Shown here: piece after piece, positions 49,805-58,972 of the stretch | How the letters are laid out: the number at the start of each line of letters is the position of its first letter | Numbering within the stretch: position 1 is the first letter of the stretch | Origin: Flavobacteriales bacterium | Lineage (GTDB): Bacteria; Bacteroidota; Bacteroidia; JANQJC01 | Assembly (NCBI GenBank): GCA_028281825.1 | Contig: JANQJC010000100.1 | Span: 9,854-73,853, forward strand | Direction: 5' to 3' | DNA: 64,000 nt | Notes under the pieces: generated by a model | Databases searched by the model: none | Told to the model about the DNA's origin: nothing | Seen by the model: the letters and a program-made list of their open reading frames with translations, nothing else | Position numbers and translations under genes: made by a program

Positions 49805-52009
49805 ATGAGTAACGTTAACATGAAAAAGCTTTTTGGGTCAATCTTTGTGCTGCTACTAGCAGCTTTTGCCTTCTTGATAGTATCCTGCACTTTTAGTGAG
49901 CAACCTGTAAACAGGGTTGAAGCAACTCCTCAAATATTCGATCCAGTCAAATGGAGCTTTTCTACTGAGCCTGGAGGCGACAGCGAAATAGTACTTGTGT
50001 TTACTGCCAAAATTGAGGAAGGCTGGCACCTTTACTCTCAAGATATCCCTGAAGGTGGCCCAATAGCCACCTCTTTTAGCTTTAATGCCAGTAATAAATA
50101 TGAGTTGGTGGGCAAGGTAACAGAACCTGAGGCCATTGAAGAGGAAGACCCAAACTTCATGATGGTACTCAAGTATTTCGAGCACGAAGTAAAGTTCAAG
50201 CAAAAGGTAAAAGTAAAATCAGACAAGAAGTTTACCCTTGATGGCGAGTTGGAGTTTATGGTGTGTGATGACCAGCGTTGCTTACCGCCAGACTACTATG
50301 AGTTTAAGTTTGATATAGAGCCGCCCAAAAAGAAAAAAGACGGAGAAAAAGGTAGTGTGGAACCTGTTTCCAATCAGGAAAATGACAGCAACCCCACAGC
50401 AAAAGCAGGGACAGTTGAGCCAGAAAAGCTGCCAGAAGAAGTTATTAAGGAAGAAGCTGTTGCAGTGGCTCCCCATAAAAAGGAAGTAATCAAGCAGGCT
50501 GAGGAGGAAACTGTTGTTGAAGTTCCTGTGCATGAAAGCGAAACAAGCAATCTCTCTTTTTGGATGATATTTATCAAAGGCTTTATTGGGGGGCTATTTG
50601 CGCTTCTCACACCCTGCGTATTCCCAATGATACCAATGACGGTGAGCTTCTTCACCAAACGCAGCAAGGACAGGGCAAAAGGAATAACCAATGCATTTGT
50701 TTATGGCTTTTTCATTATTGCCATATACACAGGTTTGGGTTTGGCTATTACTTTAACCTTAGGTGCTGACGCACTGAATGATATGGCAAGTAGTGCCTTT
50801 TTCAACCTGCTCTTCTTTTTTATACTTGTGATTTTCGGCCTTTCTTTCTTGGGTGCTTTTGAGATAACCTTGCCCAGCTCATGGATAAATAAAGCGGACA
50901 CAGCTTCGGATAAAGGTGGTCTTTTAGGAATTTTCTTTATGGCCTTTACACTCTCTTTGGTATCGTTCTCCTGCACAGGGCCAATCGTGGGCACTTTGCT
51001 TGTGGATGCAGCCTTGGGTGGTAATGTGGCTGGTCCGGCGGTGGGTATGTTCGGTTTCTCATTGGCGTTGGCATTACCATTCGGTCTTTTTGCCGCTTTC
51101 CCAGGTTGGATGAACTCTCTACCAAAATCTGGTGGTTGGTTAAACTCAGTAAAAGTCACTTTAGGTATTTTGGAGTTGGCCTTAGCACTCAAGTTTCTCT
51201 CCAATGTTGACTTAGCCTATCATTGGGGTATCATCACCAGAGAGGTATTTATCGCTCTCTGGATAGTGATATTTGGAACTTTGGGTTTTTACTTATTGGG
51301 AAAAATACGTTTCTCCCATGATAGCAAAACAGAGTTTATTTCCATACCAAGGTACTTAATGGCAGTGGTGACTTTTGCCTTTGTAGTATATCTGATACCT
51401 GGTTTATGGGGAGCGCCTCTGAAGTTGATTAGCGGTTTTCCTCCACCAAGTTTTTATACTGAAGGGTGGAATTTCTCATCAGCAGGTAATGAGGGGGGCA
51501 ACCAAGGCGACATAGGATATATTGAGGGTGTTGATAGGGAGCATTGTCCCCATGGCCTAACCTGTTTTCATGACTATGAGCTGGCATTGGAATATGCTCG
51601 TAAAGTGAACAAACCGCTAATGGTGGACTTTACTGGTTGGTCTTGCGTTAACTGTCGTAAGATGGAAGACAACGTATGGATAGACCCTCGCGTATGGGAA
51701 AGGCTGGAAAACAAGTATGTACTGGTATCCCTATATGTAGATGATAAAACACCTTTGCCCAAAGACCAGCATTGGGTTTCTGAAGTAACAGGTAAGAGAA
51801 TAAACACCCTTGGCAGGAAATGGAGCGAGTTCCAGACCAGGGTTTATAAGACCAACTCACAACCCTACTATGTATTACTTGACCATGAGGAAAAGCCATT
51901 GGCAAGTACCCGCGCCTACGACCCTGATATCGAAGAATACATCAACTGGCTGGATAGTGGGGTTAAAGAGTTTGCCAAAAGAGAAAAGCAAGAGTTAAGC
52001 AGCCTTTAG
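49805..52009 (+). CDS. dsbD: Thiol:disulfide interchange protein DsbD (alpha domain, CcdA-like TM domain and thioredoxin domain)
   Basis: The alpha-domain Cys pair is FMVCDDQRC, the TM Cys residues are LTPCVFP and SFSCTGP, and the thioredoxin CxxC is WSCVNC. An unusual ~90 aa K/E/P-rich linker separates the alpha and TM domains. Confidence 0.85.
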   Translation: MSNVNMKKLFGSIFVLLLAAFAFLIVSCTFSEQPVNRVEATPQIFDPVKWSFSTEPGGDSEIVLVFTAKIEEGWHLYSQDIPEGGPIATSFSFNASNKYELVGKVTEPEAIEEEDPNFMMVLKYFEHEVKFKQKVKVKSDKKFTLDGELEFMVCDDQRCLPPDYYEFKFDIEPPKKKKDGEKGSVEPVSNQENDSNPTAKAGTVEPEKLPEEVIKEEAVAVAPHKKEVIKQAEEETVVEVPVHESETSNLSFWMIFIKGFIGGLFALLTPCVFPMIPMTVSFFTKRSKDRAKGITNAFVYGFFIIAIYTGLGLAITLTLGADALNDMASSAFFNLLFFFILVIFGLSFLGAFEITLPSSWINKADTASDKGGLLGIFFMAFTLSLVSFSCTGPIVGTLLVDAALGGNVAGPAVGMFGFSLALALPFGLFAAFPGWMNSLPKSGGWLNSVKVTLGILELALALKFLSNVDLAYHWGIITREVFIALWIVIFGTLGFYLLGKIRFSHDSKTEFISIPRYLMAVVTFAFVVYLIPGLWGAPLKLISGFPPPSFYTEGWNFSSAGNEGGNQGDIGYIEGVDREHCPHGLTCFHDYELALEYARKVNKPLMVDFTGWSCVNCRKMEDNVWIDPRVWERLENKYVLVSLYVDDKTPLPKDQHWVSEVTGKRINTLGRKWSEFQTRVYKTNSQPYYVLLDHEEKPLASTRAYDPDIEEYINWLDSGVKEFAKREKQELSSL

Positions 52010-52107
52010 TGGTCAAAAAGAAGGGTGTAAGCGCAATTCGTGCCTGATTTTCAAGCAATTATTTCATTAATGGTTATATTCGGGGGAAATTTTCAAATTA
52101 TTTCCCG

Positions 52108-53682
52108 ATGGAGACTACTGCAACACAAACTATTGACGTTGTAAATCCTATTACACTTGAGAAACTATACCACATAGAAGAAACTTCTCAGGAAAAGGTT
52201 GACCAAATTTTTAAAACTGCTCGCGAAGTACAGCCTAAGATAGAGGATATGAGCGTGGAGCAAAGAGTAAACGAAGTACTCAAGATTCGTGACTATATCA
52301 TTGAGAACCGTGAGGCTATTCTCACACGCATTATTCAGGAAACAGGTAAATCCCGTGTGGATGGAATGACCTCTGAGGTGTTCGAAATCATTGATGTGAT
52401 TGATGTATTCCGCAAGTTGACACCCAAAGTGCTGAAGTCAAAAAGTGTTGCCACTCCTATTGTGTTAGTGGGTAAGAAGTCTGAAGTATGGTACGAGCCA
52501 TTGGGAACCATCCTGGTTATCCCACCTTGGAACTATCCATTGTATCAAGCATTAGTGCCTTCAATCATGGCCTTCCTATCTGGCAATTCGGTTGTTGTAA
52601 AACCATCAGAGGTAACTCCATTGCAAGGTTTGATAGAGGAGATTATCGACAAGAGTGGGTTCATGAAAAATGCCATTCAAGTAGCGTATGGTTCTGGTAT
52701 CACCGGTGTTAAATTAATAGACGCCCAACCAGATAAAATTCACTTTACAGGCAGTTGCAAAACAGGTAAGAAGATAATGGCTCAGGCATCTCAATATCTC
52801 ATTCCTGTTGACTTGGAATTGGGTGGTAAAGATGCCGCTATAGTATTTGACGACATTAATATTGAAAGAACGGTAAACGGTATCATGTGGGGTGGCTACA
52901 CTACAGGAGGTCAGTCTTGTACTTCAGTAGAGCGTTGCTATGTGCAGGAAGGTATTTACGATAAGTTCGTTGAAATGATAGTAGATAGAAGTAAAAAACT
53001 TCGTCCATCACATGCTAATAGAAACATTGAAGACCCTGAAGATTGCGATGTAGGTACTGTAACTACGGAGTTCCAGGTGAAGATTATAGAAGACCATATT
53101 AAGGATGCTGTAGAGAAAGGTGCCAAAGTATTGTGTGGTGGCAGCCGTGAAAGTAATACTCGCCACTTTCCTCCTACAGTGATAGTAGATGTTACCCATG
53201 ATATGAAAATCATGATAGACGAAACTTTTGGTCCCGTTATCCCAGTTATGAAATTCAAGACTGAGGAAGAAGCCATTCGCTTGGCGAATGATAGCGAATA
53301 TGGACTAGGTGGCAGCGTTTGGTCTAAAAACTTAACAAGGGCAAGAAGGGTGGCAGGTAAGATTAAAACGGGTAACCTTTCTATCAATAACCACATGTTG
53401 AACGAAGGTAATCCAAATCTACCTTTCGGTGGAACTAAGAACAGTGGTTTTGGTCGCTACAAAGGTGACTTAGGACTTTATACCTTCTCAAATGCTAAGT
53501 CTGTATTGGTAGATAAAGATAGCTCCAATATTGACCCTAACTGGTACCCATTCACAAAAACTAAGTACACCCTTTTGAGTCAAATTATAGACCATCTTTT
53601 CTCAAGGAAGAAGAACCTTATAAAGTTCGCCTTGGTAGGTTTGAAAATTAATTCCATTGGTAAGAAAGAGAAATTAAATTGA
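52108..53682 (+). CDS. NAD(P)-dependent aldehyde dehydrogenase
   Basis: ALDH motifs VIPPWNYP, the Glu motif ELGGKDAAIV and the catalytic Cys context GGQSCTSVER are present. Confidence 0.85.
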   Translation: METTATQTIDVVNPITLEKLYHIEETSQEKVDQIFKTAREVQPKIEDMSVEQRVNEVLKIRDYIIENREAILTRIIQETGKSRVDGMTSEVFEIIDVIDVFRKLTPKVLKSKSVATPIVLVGKKSEVWYEPLGTILVIPPWNYPLYQALVPSIMAFLSGNSVVVKPSEVTPLQGLIEEIIDKSGFMKNAIQVAYGSGITGVKLIDAQPDKIHFTGSCKTGKKIMAQASQYLIPVDLELGGKDAAIVFDDINIERTVNGIMWGGYTTGGQSCTSVERCYVQEGIYDKFVEMIVDRSKKLRPSHANRNIEDPEDCDVGTVTTEFQVKIIEDHIKDAVEKGAKVLCGGSRESNTRHFPPTVIVDVTHDMKIMIDETFGPVIPVMKFKTEEEAIRLANDSEYGLGGSVWSKNLTRARRVAGKIKTGNLSINNHMLNEGNPNLPFGGTKNSGFGRYKGDLGLYTFSNAKSVLVDKDSSNIDPNWYPFTKTKYTLLSQIIDHLFSRKKNLIKFALVGLKINSIGKKEKLN

Positions 53683-53685
53683 TAC

Positions 53686-54098
53686 ATTGCTAAATTGTCA
53701 AACTGTTGAAGGGTTCAGGTTTTTTGAAATTAAATGATATTGGGGCTTACAAAAAGTCTTTCCATTTAAGTAACTATGTTTGGAACATTGTGCTTGATTG
53801 GGATCATTTTCAAAAATCAACAGTTGGACATCAATTTGTAAGGTCTGTGGATTCTATTTCTGCAAATGTGGCAGAAGGTTTTGGAAGATATAGCAAGAAA
53901 GATAAGATTAAGTTTTATAGAATAAGTCAAGGTTCCTTGTTGGAATCTCTCAATTGGAATGAGAAAGCAAGGGTAAGACAATTACTCAAAGAGGAAGAAT
54001 ATCAAAAAATTCTCAATGAGTTGAAAGAACTTCCAAGGGATATTAACTCCTTGATTAAGTTCACAAATGATAAATTAACAATTTAACAGTATAGCAAT
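53686..54098. mobile_element. MITE-like cassette 1: 13 bp terminal inverted repeats (ATTGCTAAATTGT / ACAGTATAGCAAT) flanking a four-helix-bundle protein gene
   Basis: The TIRs are read directly from the sequence at 53686-53698 and 54086-54098, with 11/13 complementarity. The element is wedged into a 31 nt gap between ALDH and the GMC oxidoreductase. Confidence 0.45.
53706..54086 (+). CDS. Four-helix-bundle protein (TIGR02436-like, historically 23S rRNA intervening-sequence protein); TTG start
   Basis: The motif SANVAEGFGRYSKKDKIKFYRISQGSLLE is the hallmark of this family. ~126 aa. Confidence 0.8.
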   Translation: MKGSGFLKLNDIGAYKKSFHLSNYVWNIVLDWDHFQKSTVGHQFVRSVDSISANVAEGFGRYSKKDKIKFYRISQGSLLESLNWNEKARVRQLLKEEEYQKILNELKELPRDINSLIKFTNDKLTI

Positions 54099-54113
54099 TT
54101 AACAATTAATTAG

Positions 54114-55493
54114 ATGTACGATTTTATTGTAATTGGCTCCGGTTCATCAGGCGGTACACTGGCAAGAAACCTTCATGAGTCAGGTGCTAAAGTGCTTTTG
54201 CTAGAAGCAGGAAAGTTTTTTCGTAAAAACACTTTCCCAAAGTCAGAAATGGACTTCTCAGCCCAATTATTTTGGGGTGGGGGTATTGAGTTTGATGTAG
54301 ATGCCAAAACAGCATTCCTAAGAGCTAAAACAGTTGGTGGAACTACTATCGTCAATCAGTGTTTGATGGATAGGTTTGATGACAGCGCCTGGGATGATTG
54401 GAAGCAGCGAAGCGGGGTAGACTACTTTACAGTAGACCAAATGACTCCCTATTATGAGCGAGCAGAAGCCAAATTGCAGTTGAGAACTTTTACCAATGAT
54501 AATTTCAACAAGAATGCTAAACTATTCACAGAGGCATGCGATAAACTAGGCCACGGCTGGAAACACCTGAGAAGGGGAGAAAGCGATTGTAAGCATGAAG
54601 ATGGCAATGATTGTATTGGCTGTTTGGGTGGTTGCTTTCGAGATTCAAAACAAAGTTCATTGGTATCTTCAATTCAGGTGGCTGAGCAAAAAGGCTTGGA
54701 GATAAAAGCCGAGTTTGAAGTAGATAAAATTGAGCATCACGATGACCATGTAGTGCTCCATGGTAATCATAAAGGACAAAAGGAAGCCCTGAAAGCAGCT
54801 AAAGTTTGTATTGCAGGTGGCTCTTTTGGTACCACTAAAATGATGTTGGCTTCGGGATATAAATCCAAGCTACCGGCCTTGGGTAAAGGTTTTTGTCAGC
54901 ACCCGCAATTTATGCTGTTTGGTATGTTTGATGATTATGTAGATGCCCACAAAGGAGCTTTCCAAACAGTAGCTTCTTATGACCCAAATTTTAGGAAGAA
55001 AGGCTTTAAACTAGAAAATGTATATGCACAACCCATTTCTGTGGGTATGTTATTCAATGTGTATGGCAAAGACCATCAAGAAATCATGCGTAACTATCGC
55101 AAAATGTCATGTATAGAAGTGGCCGTGCGTGACCAACCAGAAGGTGGTGAAATAAGCATGGATAAAAAGGGTAATCTTAAAGTGAAGAAGGTGCTTACCG
55201 AGCAGGATAAAACCCGCCGTGATGAGGGCTTGGATACCATTCGCAATATTTTGAGTGCACAGGGGGCCAAAAGAGTAGTCGACTCACCTTTCTATTTTGG
55301 TTTGCATTTGATGGGCGGTTGTGCTATTGGTACAGATGCTGATAAGTCAGTGGTGAATCCTGACTTCCAGGTGCATGGGCATAAAAACCTATACATCGCA
55401 GATACAAGCGTTTATCCAAGCGCACCGGGCATCAACCCGTCATTAACCGCAATGACGTTATCTCAAAAACTAAGTGAAGAACTTGTGAAATAA
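54114..55493 (+). CDS. GMC family oxidoreductase
   Basis: FAD motif DFIVIGSGSSGGTLA. The C-terminal GMC signature is HLMGGCAIG...NLYIADTSVYPSAPGINPSLTAMTL. Confidence 0.85.
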   Translation: MYDFIVIGSGSSGGTLARNLHESGAKVLLLEAGKFFRKNTFPKSEMDFSAQLFWGGGIEFDVDAKTAFLRAKTVGGTTIVNQCLMDRFDDSAWDDWKQRSGVDYFTVDQMTPYYERAEAKLQLRTFTNDNFNKNAKLFTEACDKLGHGWKHLRRGESDCKHEDGNDCIGCLGGCFRDSKQSSLVSSIQVAEQKGLEIKAEFEVDKIEHHDDHVVLHGNHKGQKEALKAAKVCIAGGSFGTTKMMLASGYKSKLPALGKGFCQHPQFMLFGMFDDYVDAHKGAFQTVASYDPNFRKKGFKLENVYAQPISVGMLFNVYGKDHQEIMRNYRKMSCIEVAVRDQPEGGEISMDKKGNLKVKKVLTEQDKTRRDEGLDTIRNILSAQGAKRVVDSPFYFGLHLMGGCAIGTDADKSVVNPDFQVHGHKNLYIADTSVYPSAPGINPSLTAMTLSQKLSEELVK

Positions 55494-55901
55494 ATGGTTG
55501 TACTGTCATATTGCTATATTGTTGGAACGATGAGTTATCTTAAATTGAATGATATAAATGTCTATAAAAGAGCATTTCATTTGAGTAATTATGTTTGGGA
55601 AATTGTAATGCAATGTGACCAGTTTACTAAGAGAACTCTAGGTCAACAATTTGTGAATGCCGTCGATGCAATCTCAGCAAATGTGGCTGAAGGATTTGGA
55701 AGGTATAGTAAGAAAGACAAAATTCGCTTTTACAGGATAAGTATGGGTTCTGTTATGGAAGCACTTGATTGGAATGAGAAAGCCAAAACAAGGAGAATAA
55801 TAAATGAAGACCAATACTCCAAAATATTGCAAGAATTAAAGGAGTTTCCAAGAGAGATTAATCACTTGATTAAGTTTACAAATGAAAAATTAGCAATATA
55901 A
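55494..55901 (+). CDS. Four-helix-bundle protein, second paralog. The likely start is at 55530 (MSYLKLND)
   Basis: ISANVAEGFGRYSKKDKIRFYRISMGSVMEA. It shares ~60% amino-acid identity with copy 1. Confidence 0.8.
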   Translation: MVVLSYCYIVGTMSYLKLNDINVYKRAFHLSNYVWEIVMQCDQFTKRTLGQQFVNAVDAISANVAEGFGRYSKKDKIRFYRISMGSVMEALDWNEKAKTRRIINEDQYSKILQELKEFPREINHLIKFTNEKLAI

Positions 55902-55913
55902 CAGTATAGCCAT
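55510..55913. mobile_element. MITE-like cassette 2: TIRs ATTGCTATATTGT / ACAGTATAGCCAT flanking the second four-helix-bundle gene
   Basis: The TIRs lie at 55510-55522 and 55901-55913. The 3' TIR overlaps the ATG (55912) of the downstream gene. The 5' and 3' flanks are conserved with copy 1 beyond the coding region. Confidence 0.45.
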
Positions 55914-56310
55914 GTCTAAAATATTAAGTAAATCCGCAGTAAAAGCCTTAACAAGAATAGGTGATATACTTTGTCCAAAAAATGGTGACTTCCCAGCCTA
56001 TTCTGAAGTGGGTTGTATAGAACATGTAGATGATGTGATTGGTTATGCGCCAGCTTCAGACATTGGAGACTTAAATATGCTGCTTTCCATACTGGCCTAT
56101 ATGCCAGCGGGTGCGCTAAACTGGCTAGTTAAAACCATGAATGATAGCCATAATAAAGAAGGTGGTTTCGCTACCTTAATGCGCCAGCTTGACTTCGGAC
56201 TTAAGGGAATAATATATGGCACTTACTACTCAGGTAAAGTAGGGGCCAACTACAAAGGAAAAACCCCACAAGAAGTTATCGAGTTTGATATCGTAAGGAT
56301 GGAAAACTAG
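55912..56310 (+). CDS. Hypothetical small protein (132 aa), possible accessory subunit of the GMC oxidoreductase
   Basis: It lies directly downstream of the GMC gene (after cassette 2). Its size is similar to gluconate 2-dehydrogenase subunit-3-like partners, but no Tat signal was seen. Confidence 0.4.
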   Translation: MSKILSKSAVKALTRIGDILCPKNGDFPAYSEVGCIEHVDDVIGYAPASDIGDLNMLLSILAYMPAGALNWLVKTMNDSHNKEGGFATLMRQLDFGLKGIIYGTYYSGKVGANYKGKTPQEVIEFDIVRMEN

Positions 56311-57266
56311 TTTCCTGAAATACTCTTCACCACTATATCATGGTAGCTGGGTAGTGCTTCGTAGCAGTAGTCCACTTTTATATTACTGTGGTAATCATAG
56401 GATACCCATAAAAAAGGCTTTCTATCAGTCTTAATGGTGTATTTAGTGTCCGTATCTGCTACCACATATTTAAGCGGGATATCCCTGTCATATTTGAACT
56501 GTTCTGGGTAGAGCAGGTGTCCTATGGTTGCAGTATCAAAGGGGTTAAAACCTTTTTTAGAACCCAGGAAAATCTTCCAAATTTTTCTCCAATCGTTTAG
56601 TTGACGATATAACCACCTATTACCAGGTATTTTATTGGCTTTGATTTTTTTAATGTCTTCCTTATTCAACCAGATGTATGATGATGCTTCATAACAGGAG
56701 AGCGTGGTTTTGATGTCTTTTTCAATCAAGAATTTAAAAGCTGCTGTATCCAACTCAAAGTTGTAGTCACTGATTTTTATCTTTCCCTTTCCAGGATTGA
56801 AAAGCATTTCAGGCCTACGTCCTGCGCAGTAAACTACTTCAATAATCTGTTTTTCCAACTCAGGATGAAGCATCAATACAGTTGCCAGGTTGGTGGCTGG
56901 TCCTAATACCGCAATCGACATTTTATCTTTTCTCAAGGCTTCGGCAAGTGCCTTTGTAGCATCATTTTCCTTACCTAATTCGGCCTCTGTTTTGGCGCCT
57001 TTATACACAGGAATTGCCTTTCCTGAATTGTACCATCCAAGCATTTTTTGCGTGATTTTGTATCCATGGTCAACCCTATGGGTTAGGGTAATACCCACTA
57101 TCTCCACACCTTCACAACGCAGTGCCATGAGCAGCGCAAGCCCATCATCTACATCTCTCCCCAATGGACCAATCATAATATCGGTATCAATCCAAATCTT
57201 TCTTTTTTCAGCATCTGCTGAAGCAAAAGTGAGGGTAAGCACAAAAAGTAGCAATAACTTTCTCAT
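56307..57266 (-). CDS. Secreted inosine-uridine-preferring nucleoside hydrolase
   Basis: Signal peptide MRKLLLLFVLTLTFASADA. The IU_nuc_hydro aspartate cluster is KIWIDTDIMIG...DVDDGLAL. Confidence 0.75.
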   Translation of the reverse strand: MRKLLLLFVLTLTFASADAEKRKIWIDTDIMIGPLGRDVDDGLALLMALRCEGVEIVGITLTHRVDHGYKITQKMLGWYNSGKAIPVYKGAKTEAELGKENDATKALAEALRKDKMSIAVLGPATNLATVLMLHPELEKQIIEVVYCAGRRPEMLFNPGKGKIKISDYNFELDTAAFKFLIEKDIKTTLSCYEASSYIWLNKEDIKKIKANKIPGNRWLYRQLNDWRKIWKIFLGSKKGFNPFDTATIGHLLYPEQFKYDRDIPLKYVVADTDTKYTIKTDRKPFLWVSYDYHSNIKVDYCYEALPSYHDIVVKSISGN

Positions 57267-58372
57267 AGCACTTTTGAAAATCGGGGTTCCAACAATAGGT
57301 TGTGAGCCTCTTGCAATAACCCCTTTTTCCTCTCTAGGTTAATTGACATGGGTAGCTGCGCTAAGCCAATAATTCGTCTCATTATCTCAATGCCTATAAA
57401 CTGATTGAGTAAATGACCATCCAATTCTGCGCTGTGCTCATAAAGGTCAATCACTCGTGCTTGAATTTCTTCTGATTGTTCAGCCATTTTAAGGTGTGCC
57501 AGCATCACCCCTAGTTCAAACTCCCGTAGCCCTGAAAAACTAAACTCGGGGTCTATCACTTTTATACCTTGTGTAGTCCTTAACCAACTACCTGGATAGT
57601 AATCGCCATGCAATAGGTAGTCACCGTCGGCCAAGTATTTTTCACCTAATGTTTTGGCGACTTCCTTCAGGTGTCCATCAGTTTTGTATGTCATTGCAAC
57701 TTCTTGCAAGCCATTCTCGATGTCATCCAGGTTAAGGCCATTTTCTTCCAAAAAAGGATAAACAAAAATATGCTCGTGGTTAAGTTGTCTCATGGAAGAG
57801 TTTTGTAATCCCTTCCCCGTGAAGTTTCCATGGAGTGCATTTAAAAAAACCATCAAGGCTTCCAGTTCATTTTTGTTTAATGCCTTATCTGACGCATACA
57901 GGTCTGTGTAATCGCTTGATACACCCAAGTCCTCGAATACCAACAAGAAAGAACTGGGGTCTTTTCCCAATACTTCAGGAGTTAATTGTTTCAGTTTTTC
58001 ATGGTTGGAAATGATATCGTAAAACTCTCCTTCAATAATTGACCGCTCAACTGGAGCATCTATTTGAGGATACTTCTCTACCCAGGGACGTGCCTGTTTG
58101 ATAATAAAAGTCCTGTCTTTGGCTTGCACCCTCAGGGTAAGGTTCATATTACCTTCACCAGCTTTTTCCAATGAAGTAATTCCTTCATCCAGCCCTAACC
58201 AATTGTGATTGCGCAAATAATTCTCAACATCTGCGATTTCTTCTGCGTCAAGAAAGTAAGCATTGGAATGCTCTTTTTTAAATCGTTCCTCCAGTGTCAT
58301 GGACTTTGGTTTTCGCCCTGCCAAGATAATGCATGGAACAAAAATGTAAAAAAAGCCCCGCCATTTTTTCAA
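57263..58372 (-). CDS. Methylthioribose kinase (MtnK)-like phosphotransferase, APH fold. The likely start is at 58300 (MTLEE)
   Basis: [14 protein letters not shown]...[26 protein letters not shown] corresponds to MtnK EIGDGNLNYVF...[37 protein letters not shown]...[11 protein letters not shown] corresponds to LIHGDLHTGSI...KVIDPEFAFYG. The listed N-terminal extension overlaps a terminator hairpin. Confidence 0.65.
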   Translation of the reverse strand: [369 protein letters not shown]

Positions 58373-58382
58373 CGACGGGGCT
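58341..58382 (-). terminator. Rho-independent terminator for the minus-strand gene ending at 58402
   Basis: Stem AGCCCCGCC/GGCGGGGCT (one mismatch) with an 11 nt loop. It is followed on the minus strand by TTTTTTTACATTTT. Confidence 0.5.
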
Positions 58383-58401
58383 CTTAAAATAGATTAAAGC
58401 T

Positions 58402-58899
58402 TTATCGTTTAAAGATATATCTGGTGATGAAAATCCCATTTCCATCTTTATCACCAGCGTCACTTTCTACGCCACTTGCTACAAAAGCCAATGTCCATCC
58501 TTCTGATGCTAATTGATTAATTTTTGAAGTAATTACAGCATCATTTGAAGCAATGTTTTTCATGTTGATGCCTACCAGGCTGTAAAAGTTCAAAAGCATG
58601 GTTTCTTCATAGTCATCAATCTTTACCTCTTTTCTTGATGCCTTCTTTTTTGATTTCCCATCTTCAGTATTTTCTCGGCTTAGGGCGGCTGCATCTTGTG
58701 TTTCTTTGGGCATCAAAATTCTTGAGCGGCCAAGCCCACCTGGCACGATAGACTCAAAGCTGGTTACAACTAGATACTCTTCCTGGGCATAGGATTGGGT
58801 TGCAAATGCCATTAAAGCAATTGCTGCAATGAATAATTTTTTCATATTGATTTTGGTTTGATAAATAACTGGGGCAAAGTAAAGCAAATCTTGGGCCAA
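58402..58899 (-). CDS. Small secreted protein of unknown function. The likely start is at 58845 (MKKLFIAAIALMAFATQSYAQ)
   Basis: Clear signal peptide, a K-rich central segment, and a terminator downstream. Confidence 0.5.
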   Translation of the reverse strand: MAQDLLYFAPVIYQTKINMKKLFIAAIALMAFATQSYAQEEYLVVTSFESIVPGGLGRSRILMPKETQDAAALSRENTEDGKSKKKASRKEVKIDDYEETMLLNFYSLVGINMKNIASNDAVITSKINQLASEGWTLAFVASGVESDAGDKDGNGIFITRYIFKR

Positions 58900-58972
58900 T
58901 AAGGTTAACTAAAGTCAATAGATTTTCAGAATAATTGTTTTGTCCTAAATTTGAGACAACCAAGTCAAAGTA

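Noticed and set aside
50282-51204. Minus-strand ORFs within dsbD (50282-50533, 50374-50691, 50701-51204)
   Set aside because: They are antisense to the dsbD linker and TM regions, and low-complexity codon repeats generate long spurious frames.
52956-53396. 146 aa minus-strand ORF
   Set aside because: Antisense within the aldehyde dehydrogenase gene.
53706-55901. Reading the four-helix-bundle genes as ribosomal protein S23 genes
   Set aside because: The S23 name is historical, from their location in 23S rRNA intervening sequences. They are not ribosomal proteins.
56890-57342. 150 aa plus-strand ORF
   Set aside because: Antisense within the nucleoside hydrolase and kinase genes.
58301-58372. 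N-terminal 24 codon extension of the kinase ORF ([24 protein letters not shown])
   Set aside because: The region contains the terminator hairpin of the upstream gene, and the MtnK homology begins at MTLEE. The true start is more likely 58300.
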